From positions 75,193,029 through 75,257,028 of the forward strand of contig JASCQW010000132.1 of assembly GCA_030264375.1 (NCBI GenBank): a stretch of 64,000 nt of DNA, read 5' to 3'. The notes under the pieces are model-generated. The model saw only the letters and a list, made by a program, of their open reading frames with translations. It had not been told where the DNA came from and searched no databases. The position numbers and the translations under genes were made by a program. Origin of the DNA: Carcharhinus longimanus (Eukaryota). Positions 63,477 through 64,000 of the stretch are shown here, one piece after another. How positions within the stretch are numbered: position 1 is the first letter of the stretch; the number at the start of each line of letters is the position of its first letter.

Positions 63477-63724
63477 TACTTGAAACCTCTTCAGTTGTGA
63501 AGATTAATTTGTAATATATGTCACAGGGCTTCTTAGGTGGCTGTGTTTTTTATGGCGTTGATGAGTTAAGCCGTGCAGGTGCATTAATCAACTGACTTCA
63601 GCAGCCGTTAACAGGTGTTTTACAGCTGGCTGCATTTGTTGTCAATGCCATGCATGTATAGTTCTCCTGTTTTACTCTGGGTGGAGCATCGGTCAGGAAA
63701 TCAGGAAGCATGGATTTCTTTGAG

Positions 63725-64000
63725 GACAGCACGGTTGCTAGCACTGCTGCCTCAAACTGAGAGACTTGTGTTCAATTCCAGCCTCAGGTGACTGTGTGGA
63801 GTCTGCATGTTCTCCCGGTCTCTGCATGGGTTTCCTCCCACAGTCCAAAGGTGTGTGGGTTAGGTAGATCGGACATGCTAAATTGAACATTAATGCCATG
63901 AGGATTAGCAGAGTAAATATGTGGGGTTACAGGGATAGGGCGTGTGAGATTGTAGTCGGTGCAGATTTGCTGGGCCAAATGGCCTCCTTCTGCTCTATAG
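63725..64000 (+). mobile_element. HE1-type SINE
   Basis: gacagcacggttgctagcactgctgcctca...gggtttcctcccacagtccaaagg...gggccaaatggcctccttctgc. Confidence 0.9.

Noticed and set aside
1-64000. Prokaryotic systems (CRISPR arrays, operons, defence islands)
   Set aside because: The sequence is vertebrate intronic DNA with spliceosomal exons; there are no repeat-spacer arrays or long intact ORFs.

Overview
Eukaryotic, repeat-rich genomic DNA with several N gaps. It is almost certainly from a cartilaginous fish (shark), judged from HE1/V-SINE-type, DeuSINE-type, CR1, Rex1 and Penelope repeats. The window lies inside a minus-strand diacylglycerol kinase beta (DGKB) gene. Four coding exons encoding the tandem C1A/C1B domains have clean GT-AG boundaries and consistent phases (51721-51604, 45867-45779, 45673-45557, 10197-10099), with a ~35 kb intron inside C1B. 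The remaining sequence is intronic and mostly decayed transposons. The most unusual item is a 3.2 kb APE+RT non-LTR retrotransposon (60243-63476, minus). It begins with a tRNA-like A-box/B-box head, has no recognisable ORF1, and by my reading has no TTTT Pol III terminator on its sense strand; SINE-sized head+tail derivatives of it occur elsewhere in the window. Other items of note are Penelope terminal repeats carrying minimal hammerhead ribozymes (one inverted twin pair with a 13-bp TSD), a GalEa-like Ty1/copia element, PIF/Harbinger remnants and MITEs, an intronic CpG-retaining promoter-like island with an antisense exon-like ORF, and a candidate recursive splice site. Repeat boundaries are approximate and were assigned by eye; no database searches were run.
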